The notes beneath the pieces were generated by a model. That model saw only the letters and a program-made list of their open reading frames with translations, was not told the DNA's origin and searched no databases. The translations under genes and the position numbers were made by a program. DNA of 64,000 nucleotides from an uncultured Alphaproteobacteria bacterium (lineage in GTDB: Bacteria > Pseudomonadota > Alphaproteobacteria > RF32 > CAG-239): assembly GCA_944392275.1 (NCBI GenBank), contig CALXWA010000003.1, forward strand, positions 31,286 through 95,285, read 5' to 3'. Position 1 is the first letter of the stretch, and each line of letters opens with the position of its first letter. This document shows positions 10,799 to 21,006 of this stretch, piece by piece.

Positions 10799-13435
10799 TT
10801 AAAAGTTTGCTATACGAGCCAGGGCTTTTTCCACTTTAGCTTTGTTTTCTAAGGCCTCGGCTTGGCGGCGTTTTTCTTCTTCTACAACCGCTTGCGGTGC
10901 TTTTTCAACAAAGTTTGGATTGCTGAGTTTGCGTGCATAGCCTTCCAAATTTTTGTTAAGTGTTTCCAGCTCTTTTTTCAGGCGATCCCGCTCTGCGGCA
11001 AAGTCTATAACGCCTTTCAACGGCAACAACATGGTACATTCTTTAAAGACCGACTGAACCATATCCGGTGTTACCTCTACGTTTTGGCAGCTTAAACTTT
11101 CAAGACGAGCCAAAGAACAGATAATGGTATTAAAGGCTGCGGCATGTTGGCGAGAATCCTCTCCGGCTCCGCTCAGCGTGATGTTTAGTTTGGCAGAAGC
11201 CGGTAAGTTCATTTCGGCACGTAAAGAACGAATGGCCGAAATTAAGTCGATTGCCCAATCAATATCATTTATTGCCTCTAGGTTAACCTCTTCTGCCATC
11301 GGCCAAGCCGCGTGGATTAATTTAACCTCTCTTTGTTGCGTATTATTCCATAACTCCGTCGTGATAAATGGCATAAATGGATGCAAAATAACCAAAATAC
11401 GGTCTAATACCCAAGCAAAACAAGCTTTGGTTTCGGCCTTTTCGGCTTCGTTGTTACCATAAAAAATCGGTTTTATCATCTCAATATACCAATCGCAGAA
11501 TGTACCCCAAACAAACTGGTATACAGCATTGGCCGCATCTGAAAAACGATAATTATTCAGATTATCGGTTACCTCTTTTGTGGCTTGTTTGGCTTTGGCG
11601 ACAATCCACTTATTGACCGGGTGTTGGACGGTCTTTTCATCAAAATCTTTGCGACCTTGGCAGCCGTTCATTTCTCCAAAACGAGCGGCATTCCACAATT
11701 TTGTGGCAAAGTTACGATACCCGGCAATACGCGATTCATTTAGATTAATGTCACGACCTTGCGTTTCCATCGCAGCCATGAAAAATCTCAGTGCATCAGC
11801 TCCGTATTTTTCAATTGTGTCCATCGGATCAACCGTGTTGCCCTTGGATTTTGACATTTTACGACCTTGTTCATCTCGAACTAAGCCGTGGATATAACAT
11901 TTTTTGAACGGAACCTTTTTCATCATATACATGCTCATCATCATCATTCGAGCAACCCAGAAAAAGATAATATCAAAACCCGTAACCAAAACCGATGTCG
12001 GATAAAAGGTATCCAAATACGATGTTTTGTCCGGCCAACCTAATGTTGAAAAGGCCCACAAACCTGATGAAAACCATGTATCCAAAACATCTGTTTCTCG
12101 CGTTAATGCTACGGATTTTCCATAATGTTTTTCTGCTGCGGTTTGCGCTTCTTCTTCACTTTCTTCACAAAAGATGGTGCCATCAGGCCCATACCAAATC
12201 GGCATTTGGTGGCCCCACCAAAGTTGGCGAGAAATACACCACGGTTGGATGTTTCTCATCCATTCAAAATATGTTTTTTCATAAGATTTGGGGACAAATT
12301 CCATTTCCCCTTGTTCAACCGCACGAATCGCCTCTTTGGCTAAAACCGGAGCATCTACAAACCATTGATCCGTCATTAACGGCTCAATCACAACACCGGA
12401 ACGATCCCCATAAGGAATAACCATCGGGTGATCTTCAATCTTGTCCATCAACCCCATTTGGGTCAGGGTTTCTATTGTTTTGGCTCTTGCCTCTTGAGTT
12501 GTTAACCCGGGGTAAGGCGTATTTTCATTTAACGTGGCATCTAAATTTAAGACATTTATCATCGGCAGATTGTGACGTTTGCCTACTTCAAAGTCATTAA
12601 AATCATGAGCCGGCGTAATTTTTACCGCTCCGGTTCCTTTTTCCGGATCTGCATGATCATCGGCAATAATCGGAATGGCTCGATTGATAATCGGGATAAT
12701 ACATTTTTTACCGATGAGATGTTTTAACTTCTCATTGTTTTTTGAAATTGCAACGGCCGTATCCCCAAACATGGTCTCCGGACGAGTGGTGGCAATATGA
12801 ACGTATTGGCCTTCCTCTCCTTCAATCGGATATTTGTAATAATACATTTTGCCGACGGTTTCTTTTTGAACAACCTCCAGATCGGAAACGGCCGTCCCAA
12901 ATTTAGAATCCCAGTTAACTAACTTTTTGGCCTTGTATATTAATCCGTCTTTATACAGATTTACAAAAATGCGGCGAACGGCGCGGCTTAAGCCTTCATC
13001 CATGGTAAAGCGTTCACGGCTCCAATCACAAGATGCTCCCAAACGGCGCAATTGTTTACAAATCGTTCCTCCGGATTTTTCTTTCCATTTCCAAACGGTT
13101 TCAATAAATTTTTCACGGCCTAAATCGTGACGAGAAATTCCTTCTTTGGCTAAATTTCTCTCAACAACCATTTGAGTGGCAATCCCGGCATGGTCCGTCC
13201 CCGGTTGCCACAAAACTTTTTTCCCGAGCATGCGATTGTAACGGACTAAAATATCTTGCAACGTATCGTCTAAGGCATGTCCCATATGGAGAACACCCGT
13301 AACATTTGGTGGCGGAATAACAATTGAAAATGCATCCTTGGATGAATGCATATCCGGCATAAAATCTCCGCTTTGTTCCCAATCGGCATATATTTTCTCT
13401 TCAAAATCTTTTGGATTATAATTCTTTTCTAACAT
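10799..13435 (-). CDS. valS: Valine--tRNA ligase
   Basis: HMGHAL (HIGH) and KMSKSKGN (KMSKS) motifs. 878 aa. C-terminal coiled-coil. Confidence 0.95.
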   Translation of the reverse strand: MLEKNYNPKDFEEKIYADWEQSGDFMPDMHSSKDAFSIVIPPPNVTGVLHMGHALDDTLQDILVRYNRMLGKKVLWQPGTDHAGIATQMVVERNLAKEGISRHDLGREKFIETVWKWKEKSGGTICKQLRRLGASCDWSRERFTMDEGLSRAVRRIFVNLYKDGLIYKAKKLVNWDSKFGTAVSDLEVVQKETVGKMYYYKYPIEGEEGQYVHIATTRPETMFGDTAVAISKNNEKLKHLIGKKCIIPIINRAIPIIADDHADPEKGTGAVKITPAHDFNDFEVGKRHNLPMINVLNLDATLNENTPYPGLTTQEARAKTIETLTQMGLMDKIEDHPMVIPYGDRSGVVIEPLMTDQWFVDAPVLAKEAIRAVEQGEMEFVPKSYEKTYFEWMRNIQPWCISRQLWWGHQMPIWYGPDGTIFCEESEEEAQTAAEKHYGKSVALTRETDVLDTWFSSGLWAFSTLGWPDKTSYLDTFYPTSVLVTGFDIIFFWVARMMMMSMYMMKKVPFKKCYIHGLVRDEQGRKMSKSKGNTVDPMDTIEKYGADALRFFMAAMETQGRDINLNESRIAGYRNFATKLWNAARFGEMNGCQGRKDFDEKTVQHPVNKWIVAKAKQATKEVTDNLNNYRFSDAANAVYQFVWGTFCDWYIEMIKPIFYGNNEAEKAETKACFAWVLDRILVILHPFMPFITTELWNNTQQREVKLIHAAWPMAEEVNLEAINDIDWAIDLISAIRSLRAEMNLPASAKLNITLSGAGEDSRQHAAAFNTIICSLARLESLSCQNVEVTPDMVQSVFKECTMLLPLKGVIDFAAERDRLKKELETLNKNLEGYARKLSNPNFVEKAPQAVVEEEKRRQAEALENKAKVEKALARIANF

Positions 13436-13544
13436 TTTATTTTTCCACTTTTTTATTTTTTTTGTAAGGATCCTTCTTTTGACACAAAATTGCCCTCAAT
13501 AACGATTGGGGGCAATCTTTTTTTAGGTCGGCATGAGCCTTGGG

Positions 13545-14846
13545 CTAATTGTCGCCAACCTTTACCATCACTCGTCTAATCTCTTTTTTGACCATGTCTT
13601 CTACCATATCCGGTAAATTTTTATCCATCCAATTTTTCAATTCTTGACGTACAATCTCATCATAATCCAGGCTGAGATTCCAACGACGTTCAACCTCTTT
13701 GCCAATGATTTCATGAATGACGTCTTTGATTAAATCCGAAATTGTTTGAGTGCCGTTTCCGATTTGCCGTGACAAGGCATCGGTATCTTCTTTTGTCGGA
13801 GCAACGGTTTGGACGGTATCCAAGCTATAAAACGCCTCATTATCCAAAGGTCTGTCTTCTACTTTTTGCTCCGGCTCTTTTTTATCTTCAGATTTTGAAA
13901 ACATTTTGGCAAAGTTATTGATAAGGGATGCCGAAACGTCTAAAGTATTGTTTTTTTCTTCAGAAGGTTGATCTTTTGAGGTTTCTGCTTGCGGAGTTAA
14001 AGCTTCAACATCTTCTACCGCCGGCAAAATTTCATGATCCAACATAATGTCAATCGGAGCTTCATCTTTCGGCAAAGTGCTTTCTGCCGGAAGTGGTGTT
14101 GTCTCCGGAATATTGAGTGCATTTTCTTCTTGGGCAAAAATATTCGGGGTCACATCCTCTAAGGTCGGAAGGGTATTTATATCAATTTCCTCTTCAATCG
14201 TTGCTGTCGAATCTTTTGCTGTTTGAGAATTTTCTTCCAGTGCAACCGGAGCCTCCACGGATTGTACCTGAGACTCTTTTATCGGATTTGTGGTTTGGCT
14301 CAGAGTTTCTTGCGGAGGTGTTGAAAGTTTTACCTGTTCATCGACCGAATTTAAAACTTCTGCAATATTGGTATTTATATCTTCAAAATTGATAATATCA
14401 TCTTCTTGCGGAGTTTTAATCTCCTCATCTTTTTTTAGAGGCTCTGAAGAAGATAAGGCATCTTCAAAAAATGGATCGGACTTTTCATCAAATACATCTA
14501 TTGTTGTATTTTCATCCGCGGGCATCGTAACAACCGGATCCTTATCATCTAATATAGGATTTTCGGGTAAACGAACTTCGGGTTCTTTGGGAAAACTCTC
14601 AGCATCCGGTGTTTTTACTTCAGCATTTAGGGTATCAAACGTTGGAGCATCTTCTACCCGCATCTCCGGAGATAAGTCTAATATATCTTCTTCGGGTTCT
14701 GCGGCAGAGGCGGTAACCACCGGTGTTTCCACGGCTGGCGTATTATTCTCTTGATGAGACGAAGTTGCAGAATCTTCGGAAAGAATATTTTTTATTGATG
14801 ATAAAATCTCTTCCATGGAAAGATCGTCATTGTTGTTTTCTGCCAT
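13545..14846 (-). CDS. popZ: PopZ-like polar organising protein (DUF2497)
   Basis: N-terminus MAENNNDDLSMEEILSSIKNILSED and C-terminus ...LKNWMDKNLPDMVEDMVKKEIRRV match the conserved PopZ ends. Long acidic, Pro/Glu-rich, low-complexity middle region. Adjacent to valS, as in Caulobacter. Confidence 0.7.
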   Translation of the reverse strand: MAENNNDDLSMEEILSSIKNILSEDSATSSHQENNTPAVETPVVTASAAEPEEDILDLSPEMRVEDAPTFDTLNAEVKTPDAESFPKEPEVRLPENPILDDKDPVVTMPADENTTIDVFDEKSDPFFEDALSSSEPLKKDEEIKTPQEDDIINFEDINTNIAEVLNSVDEQVKLSTPPQETLSQTTNPIKESQVQSVEAPVALEENSQTAKDSTATIEEEIDINTLPTLEDVTPNIFAQEENALNIPETTPLPAESTLPKDEAPIDIMLDHEILPAVEDVEALTPQAETSKDQPSEEKNNTLDVSASLINNFAKMFSKSEDKKEPEQKVEDRPLDNEAFYSLDTVQTVAPTKEDTDALSRQIGNGTQTISDLIKDVIHEIIGKEVERRWNLSLDYDEIVRQELKNWMDKNLPDMVEDMVKKEIRRVMVKVGDN

Positions 14847-14937
14847 TGTGTAACCCTCAAATAATTTTCACTGAGCTTATCTTAGCGAAGAATATTTTTT
14901 TTCGCAACCATTTAGATATTTTTTTCAATAAAAAGCT

Positions 14938-16293
14938 CTAATTCAGTGACAGCCACTTATCTCTTGTCTCTTTATAATATTTTTTTGCATTATACAAATC
15001 GACACCAAGTTTTAAGTCTCTGGCTGTCAATTTGCCCATCGCTTGTAAAAGATTCATTGCTGACACATAGTAGTTACGACGAGCTTTAACCTCTTCAACC
15101 TCTGAATTCAACAATTCTTGGTAAGCATCCAAAACATCCAAAATTGTACGGTTACCCAAAGCCTCTTCCTTTTGAACTCCGTCTAAGGCAATTTGGTTTG
15201 CTTTTACCTGATCAATAATTGCAAAAATTTTACTATTATTGGACTGCATGTATTCCCAAGCACTTGATACGGAAGCATGAACACTGCGTTCTGCCTCTAG
15301 AACCTGTTCTTGGGCTTGCCATTTTTCATATTTGCTTTGACGAATTTTGGCACGACTTTCGCCACCATTATAAAGCGGCAAACTTAAATTGACACTCCAT
15401 TCATAATTGTCTGTTTCCGGACGTCCGTCATAATTATCCCCTTTATTTTTAACTTTGGAGGCTGTTCCGTCTAAACTGACTTGCGGTCCTAAAGCTCCGG
15501 TATTGGCACTGATGTTATAATCCTTTGCTTTTAAGATATGTTTGGCTTGTTGAATCGTATAGTTGTTGCCCATTGCAACCTGCAAAGCCTCTTCAAATGT
15601 TTTGGGCAAAAAATCTTTAATTTGTTTTGGCTCTTCCAGATTTTCCGGTTTAGAACCAATCAATTTCAGATAAGTCGCTTTTGATGCTTGAAGAGTTCCC
15701 TCTGAAGAAATTCGATCCGAACGAGCTTGGGAATAACGAGCTTCTGCTTGAGAAACATCGGTACGTGTTACCTCCCCGACCTTAAAACGCTGACGTGTTT
15801 CATCCAAACGTTTTTTCAACAACTCTTCATTATTTTTTTGCAATTCAACAATTGCCATATCTCGAACAACATCTAAATAAGCCGTTGAGGCATCCAGAAA
15901 AACCGTCTGTTCAACATTATAAAGATTGTTTTGTTCTGCACGAACCAAACTATCTGCCGATCTGACCGAATTAACCGTGCTGAAACTGTTGAAAATCGGC
16001 TGTGAAATTGTTGCCGCCAGTGTTCCTTGTTCACTCGATCCATCCATTGAAACAATATCGCTGTTTTTGTTTGCATCATTATAGCCGGCACTTAAGGCTA
16101 TGGTTGGACGGAATCCCGATTTGGCAATTGCGACATTTTCATCAATTCCTCTTAAATAGGCTCTTTGAGCTTGCAAGGTCGGATTGGTATTATAGGTTTG
16201 GCTTAATGCCTCAAAAATATTATCGGCCTGAGCCGGTGAACTCATTCCCAACATGGTAGAAAACATTAAACCGGCAACAAAACTTTTTTTCAT
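14938..16293 (-). CDS. tolC: TolC-family outer-membrane efflux/type I secretion protein
   Basis: Signal peptide followed by two TolC repeats (coiled-coil-rich, ~450 aa). N-terminal ...LSQTYNTNPTLQAQRA. Confidence 0.8.
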   Translation of the reverse strand: MKKSFVAGLMFSTMLGMSSPAQADNIFEALSQTYNTNPTLQAQRAYLRGIDENVAIAKSGFRPTIALSAGYNDANKNSDIVSMDGSSEQGTLAATISQPIFNSFSTVNSVRSADSLVRAEQNNLYNVEQTVFLDASTAYLDVVRDMAIVELQKNNEELLKKRLDETRQRFKVGEVTRTDVSQAEARYSQARSDRISSEGTLQASKATYLKLIGSKPENLEEPKQIKDFLPKTFEEALQVAMGNNYTIQQAKHILKAKDYNISANTGALGPQVSLDGTASKVKNKGDNYDGRPETDNYEWSVNLSLPLYNGGESRAKIRQSKYEKWQAQEQVLEAERSVHASVSSAWEYMQSNNSKIFAIIDQVKANQIALDGVQKEEALGNRTILDVLDAYQELLNSEVEEVKARRNYYVSAMNLLQAMGKLTARDLKLGVDLYNAKKYYKETRDKWLSLN

Positions 16294-16458
16294 AAATTCA
16301 CCTCAAAATCTTAATTTTTATTTTTGTGCGATTATATTACATCGTGTTAAAAATACAAGATTATTTCTTAAAAAACTCATAATCTCGCCTTTGTTTACGT
16401 AAAATTATCAGGGATTATTAACCATATTTCAATCAATTGTATTTAGGGTTGAGTATAA

Positions 16459-18951
16459 ATGAGTATCTTTACCCAGAAGGAGAGAATTAAAGTGAAAAAA
16501 AATGCAACGATTATCAGTGAGATTGATAAAGCAAGATTGAAACTTTCAATTGAACATTACATTAAATATTTTATCGGCAAAAGAACATGCGAAATTAACA
16601 AAGAAGAAGCTTTGCACGCTATTGCCTTGGCTGTGAGAGAATTTGCCATGGATAAAATGTATGAAACCATGGCTCGCTATAACAAATGTAATTCCAAACG
16701 AATTTTTTATCTTTCCATTGAATACTTAATCGGACGCTCTTTGGAAAATAACCTCCATAATCTGGAACTGTTTGATATTTTAAAAAGTATTAAAATTGAT
16801 GGATTTCCTGACCTTTCTTTACAAGAAATTTTTGATGCGGAATATGACCCTGCCCTTGGTAACGGCGGGTTGGGACGTTTGGCCGCTTGTTATCTTGACT
16901 CGATGGCCTCTTTGGGAATCCCCGGCTTTGGTTACGGTATTAACTATCAGTTCGGGTTGTTTAAACAAAAATTTGAAAACGGATATCAAATTGAGCAAGC
17001 CGATACTTGGAGAGGTGAAAACTCTCCTTGGCAATTTGCTCGGGAAGACCGGACCGTTAAAATTCCGATTTACGGTGAAGTCGAATCGATTAATAACGGC
17101 AACGGCGAACCTAGCTATATCTGGATGAATACCAAAACCCTTTATGGGGTTCCGTTTGATTTTCCGATTGTCGGTTATGAGGGAAAATCCGTTAACTATC
17201 TGCGTTTATTCTCTGCTAAAACCGATGACGAATTGGATATCAATATCTTTAACGAAGGCGGTTATATTGAGGCGATGAAGGAAAAAATCGAAACCGAAAC
17301 GATTTCTAAGGTTTTGTATCCGTCCGACGCCGTCGAATCGGGAAAAGAACTACGCTTAAAACAGCAATACTTTTTTGCCTCTTGTGCTATCCAAGACATT
17401 GTTCGTCGCTTTATGGAAAAGAGCAATGACTTTAGCAAACTCCCTGAAAAGGTTTGTATCCAACTCAACGATACCCACCCGGCTATTGCCATTGCCGAAT
17501 TAATGCGGCTATTAATTGATGTTCATGGTCAAGAATGGGATAAAGCTTGGGATATTACAACAAAAGTTTTTGCCTATACCAACCATACCTTATTGCCGGA
17601 AGCTTTGGAAACCTGGCCGGCCAGATTATTTGCCCGTATGTTGCCAAGACACTTGCAAATTATTTATGAAATTAATCGTCGCTTTATTGAATTTGCCAAA
17701 ACAAAATTTGGGGACGATCACGAAAAACTCGAGAAAGTTACCATTGTTCAAGGAGATGGAGATAACCAAATTATCCGCATGGCAAATTTGTCTATCGTTG
17801 GGTCTTTCTGTGTCAACGGAGTAGCTAAAATCCACTCTGATTTGATTAAAACTTCTTTGGTCCCCGAATTTTATGAGCTATGGCCCGAAAAGTTTACCAA
17901 TGTGACAAACGGAATTACGCCTCGCCGTTGGTTGTTGCATGCCAATTCAGCTCTGGCTAATCTTATTACCTCTAAAATCGGAAACGGTTGGGTAACCGAT
18001 TTGACCGAACTCAGAAAATTGGAAAAATTTGTTGATGATAAAAAATTCATCAAAGAATTCAGCAACGTCAAAATTGAAAATAAAAATCATTTGGCTAAAT
18101 ACATCTTTAAGACAACCGGTATTATGGTTAATCCGGAAAGCATGTTTATTGTTCATGCTAAGAGAATCCATGAATACAAACGCCAATTGATGACTATTTT
18201 ACAAGTTATCGGCGACTACCTGGATATTATTAAAGACAATAAAAAACCAGCTACACCTAAAACGTATATCTTTGCCGGTAAAGCCGCTCCTTCTTATAAT
18301 TTTGCAAAATTAATCATTAAACTTATTTTGAATGTGGCCGATGTTGTCAATAATGACCCCAGAGTTAATGATATGCTCAAAATTGTCTTTGTTCCGGATT
18401 ACAAAGTATCTGTTGCCGAAGTTTTGATTCCGGCGGCAGATGTCAGCGTTCAATCTTCAACCGCAGGGTTTGAAGCCAGCGGAACCGGAAATATGAAGTT
18501 TGCCCTCAACGGTGCTTTAACGATCGGAACATTAGATGGTGCCAATATTGAAATCCGCGAAGAAGTCGGAGACGAAAACTTCTATCTCTTTGGCTTAACC
18601 GAACAAGAAGTTCATGATCGACGGGCTACTTATAATCCCCGAGAAATTTATGAAAACAACAATTACATTAAACGCATTATGAATGCCGTAAACTCGAACA
18701 TGTTCTGTGAAAGAGACTATGTTTTGTTGTTTAAGCCGATATTTGAGGAATTGGTCAACCGCGATTACTATTTTGTTTTGGCTGATTTGGAAGCCTTTGA
18801 CAAGAGAATGGAAGATGTTGAGAAAGACTTTAACAACAAAGAAGTTTGGGCTCGAAAGGCTTTGCTGAATGTTGCTCGTATCGGCAAGTTCAGTTCTGAC
18901 CGTGCCGTTATGGAATATGCTAAAAATATTTGGCATATTAGTCCGTGCTAA
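16459..18951 (+). CDS. glgP: Glycogen phosphorylase
   Basis: 830 aa. Pyridoxal-phosphate site EASGTGNMKFALNGALTIGTLDGANIEI. Confidence 0.9.
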   Translation: MSIFTQKERIKVKKNATIISEIDKARLKLSIEHYIKYFIGKRTCEINKEEALHAIALAVREFAMDKMYETMARYNKCNSKRIFYLSIEYLIGRSLENNLHNLELFDILKSIKIDGFPDLSLQEIFDAEYDPALGNGGLGRLAACYLDSMASLGIPGFGYGINYQFGLFKQKFENGYQIEQADTWRGENSPWQFAREDRTVKIPIYGEVESINNGNGEPSYIWMNTKTLYGVPFDFPIVGYEGKSVNYLRLFSAKTDDELDINIFNEGGYIEAMKEKIETETISKVLYPSDAVESGKELRLKQQYFFASCAIQDIVRRFMEKSNDFSKLPEKVCIQLNDTHPAIAIAELMRLLIDVHGQEWDKAWDITTKVFAYTNHTLLPEALETWPARLFARMLPRHLQIIYEINRRFIEFAKTKFGDDHEKLEKVTIVQGDGDNQIIRMANLSIVGSFCVNGVAKIHSDLIKTSLVPEFYELWPEKFTNVTNGITPRRWLLHANSALANLITSKIGNGWVTDLTELRKLEKFVDDKKFIKEFSNVKIENKNHLAKYIFKTTGIMVNPESMFIVHAKRIHEYKRQLMTILQVIGDYLDIIKDNKKPATPKTYIFAGKAAPSYNFAKLIIKLILNVADVVNNDPRVNDMLKIVFVPDYKVSVAEVLIPAADVSVQSSTAGFEASGTGNMKFALNGALTIGTLDGANIEIREEVGDENFYLFGLTEQEVHDRRATYNPREIYENNNYIKRIMNAVNSNMFCERDYVLLFKPIFEELVNRDYYFVLADLEAFDKRMEDVEKDFNNKEVWARKALLNVARIGKFSSDRAVMEYAKNIWHISPC

Positions 18952-18975
18952 GTTCTTTTGTGTTGATTTGATGTT

Positions 18976-20859
18976 TTATCGCCCCTGAGATCCATACCAT
19001 TGACGATATGTCATGGTCGGAGATTGTGGCTGGGGTTTTTGATAATTATTTGGATTTTTATAACGATTAAGATCCGGTTCTCGGCTCCCGGCTTGGCGTT
19101 CAAAATATTTATCCGAATCATATGTTTTTACCGTACGGAACCCAGTCCAGACACCAAACTTGTCATAACTTAATTTAATGTTTTCTATTTTATCATTTAA
19201 GGAAATTTTTGCTTCATCAAAAACATCCTTGATTGCATCGGCTCGTGTATAACTGCCATTCCGACCGTTGTCTTGGTTGTTGGCCAAATAAGTTTCAATG
19301 TTGATGGCAACATCTTTCTTATATTTACCAATTTTTGATTTATATATTTCTAGAAGTTTGTCACCTTTTTGCGGAAGATAGGCACTATACGTATCTTTAT
19401 TCTCAACATATTCTCCTATAAATTCTTCATATGCTCTGACGGCAGCAATACAATCCACGGCGTCCCATTTTCCAGATTCAGAATAGCCGAGAATTCCTTT
19501 GTTAATAAAGGAGCTAACCTTACTTAAAGTAAAATCTTTTAACTTATCGCTTTGCGGTCCCATTTGCAGCTCCACCCTTTTACCATCTAAGGAAGAATTG
19601 GCTGCAGGATGATTTCCTGTTTTCGCAACAAATTCTCTTAATTGGTCCGCATCCGGATATTTGCCGTATTGTTTTTTATAGGCCTCCATATTACACTGAC
19701 GTTGGAGCTCTTTCCCTAAAACAGCACGAAACCGGTTCTTTTCATCATCGCTGAATTTTTTCTCTCCGTTCATGGCCTCTAAAATATCATTGATATGTCC
19801 GGCATCTAAAACAAATTCCGGAGGATTTACTCGCGGACACATCAATGTTTTGCCACAGTTTTTCAAAAATTCTCCTAAACCTCCACCACTAATTACCATG
19901 GCTCCGGGAGGAACAACGTGGGTACAGCCAACCGCCTTTAAGGCCTCAATCGCATAGCGGGTGGTATTTTTATCAACAAGACCGCTTGGAGTATAAATTT
20001 GTGCTGTCGGGACACCATTGATAATATCAACGTATATTCCGCAGGTTTTGGTGTGAGAGACGTGTCCTTTTTTATCAATCAGGCCATCTTTATCGCGAGC
20101 TTCTTCATTTTTATAAACGTAAACATAATAACCACTCCCGCAACGACACGTTTCAATCAAAGACTTATCTTCTCCGGCAATATCCATGCGAGCTATAACT
20201 TTATCTCTCATCATCCACGCAGAGGGGACTATTGCTTGTGAAGAAGACTTTGGCGGTTGACCACCATACCATAAATTTTCTTTACCATCACCTTGGCGTC
20301 GAGCTTGCTGCTCGAGCAAAACATTGTCCATATTTTCTTGAAAATATTCAGAAAAATCACGGCTATTTCCCTGATTATCCTGAGTTTCCGGCTTATTTCC
20401 CTCGTCAAAACGGAAGCTATCCAGCCCGGAGGTTTCTATCCCCTGCATATAAAAGAAACGAGCCAGTTCTTGAACTTGAGACGGGGTTAATTTGGCATCT
20501 TTGTCAAAAACAACGGTTTTTCCTTCTTCAATATTAAAGTTTAAGCCGGTTCCGCCAAGATTTTTAATGACTAAAATCGGTTTTTGTTTTTCATTTATTT
20601 CAACATGGGCTTGGTTTTTATCCTCTTTGGTTTGATAAAAACTGTTTACGTTCATCATATCTTTGATAGCGGCGTATTCTCTGATGTCTGCTAGAGATTT
20701 TTCATCGCCTTTGCAATCATCATAAGCTTTCTTTACATCGCTAAAAACAGGATCATTTTCTTTGTTTTGAAAAAAATCATCGTTAAATTGCTCATCTCTT
20801 GCATATTTAACCGCAGAAGGAAGATAAAAATCCATTGTATATTGATCTTGGTTTGCCAT
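18976..20859 (-). CDS. Large (627 aa) hypothetical protein with no recognisable family; candidate effector or toxin
   Basis: No signal peptide or TM segment. Cys-containing core (CRCGSGYYVYVY, TCGIYVD, VGCTHVVPPGAMVISGGG, NCGKTLMCPRVNPP). Its own promoter region lies between the pgk terminator and its start. Confidence 0.45.
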   Translation of the reverse strand: MANQDQYTMDFYLPSAVKYARDEQFNDDFFQNKENDPVFSDVKKAYDDCKGDEKSLADIREYAAIKDMMNVNSFYQTKEDKNQAHVEINEKQKPILVIKNLGGTGLNFNIEEGKTVVFDKDAKLTPSQVQELARFFYMQGIETSGLDSFRFDEGNKPETQDNQGNSRDFSEYFQENMDNVLLEQQARRQGDGKENLWYGGQPPKSSSQAIVPSAWMMRDKVIARMDIAGEDKSLIETCRCGSGYYVYVYKNEEARDKDGLIDKKGHVSHTKTCGIYVDIINGVPTAQIYTPSGLVDKNTTRYAIEALKAVGCTHVVPPGAMVISGGGLGEFLKNCGKTLMCPRVNPPEFVLDAGHINDILEAMNGEKKFSDDEKNRFRAVLGKELQRQCNMEAYKKQYGKYPDADQLREFVAKTGNHPAANSSLDGKRVELQMGPQSDKLKDFTLSKVSSFINKGILGYSESGKWDAVDCIAAVRAYEEFIGEYVENKDTYSAYLPQKGDKLLEIYKSKIGKYKKDVAINIETYLANNQDNGRNGSYTRADAIKDVFDEAKISLNDKIENIKLSYDKFGVWTGFRTVKTYDSDKYFERQAGSREPDLNRYKNPNNYQKPQPQSPTMTYRQWYGSQGR

Positions 20860-20952
20860 TGTTTCTGTCCTTAGATCCTCTTTCTTTTACTTATTTTTAT
20901 CATAACATAATTGAAAATAAAAGCAACAACATTTGACAAAAAAAATATTTTA

Positions 20953-20990
20953 GCCAAAAAAATCCTCGGGAAAAATTCCCGAGGATTTTT
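20953..20990 (-). terminator. Rho-independent terminator of pgk
   Basis: Hairpin atcctcgggaaaaattcccgaggat with flanking A/T runs. Confidence 0.65.
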
Positions 20991-21006
20991 AAGCTTTTTG
21001 GTGAGT

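Noticed and set aside
14290-14754. 154-aa plus-strand ORF and other overlapping ORFs inside the popZ region
   Set aside because: They lie antisense or out of frame within the low-complexity acidic linker of popZ. Their Ser/Gly-rich composition mirrors the repeat. No RBS or independent signals.
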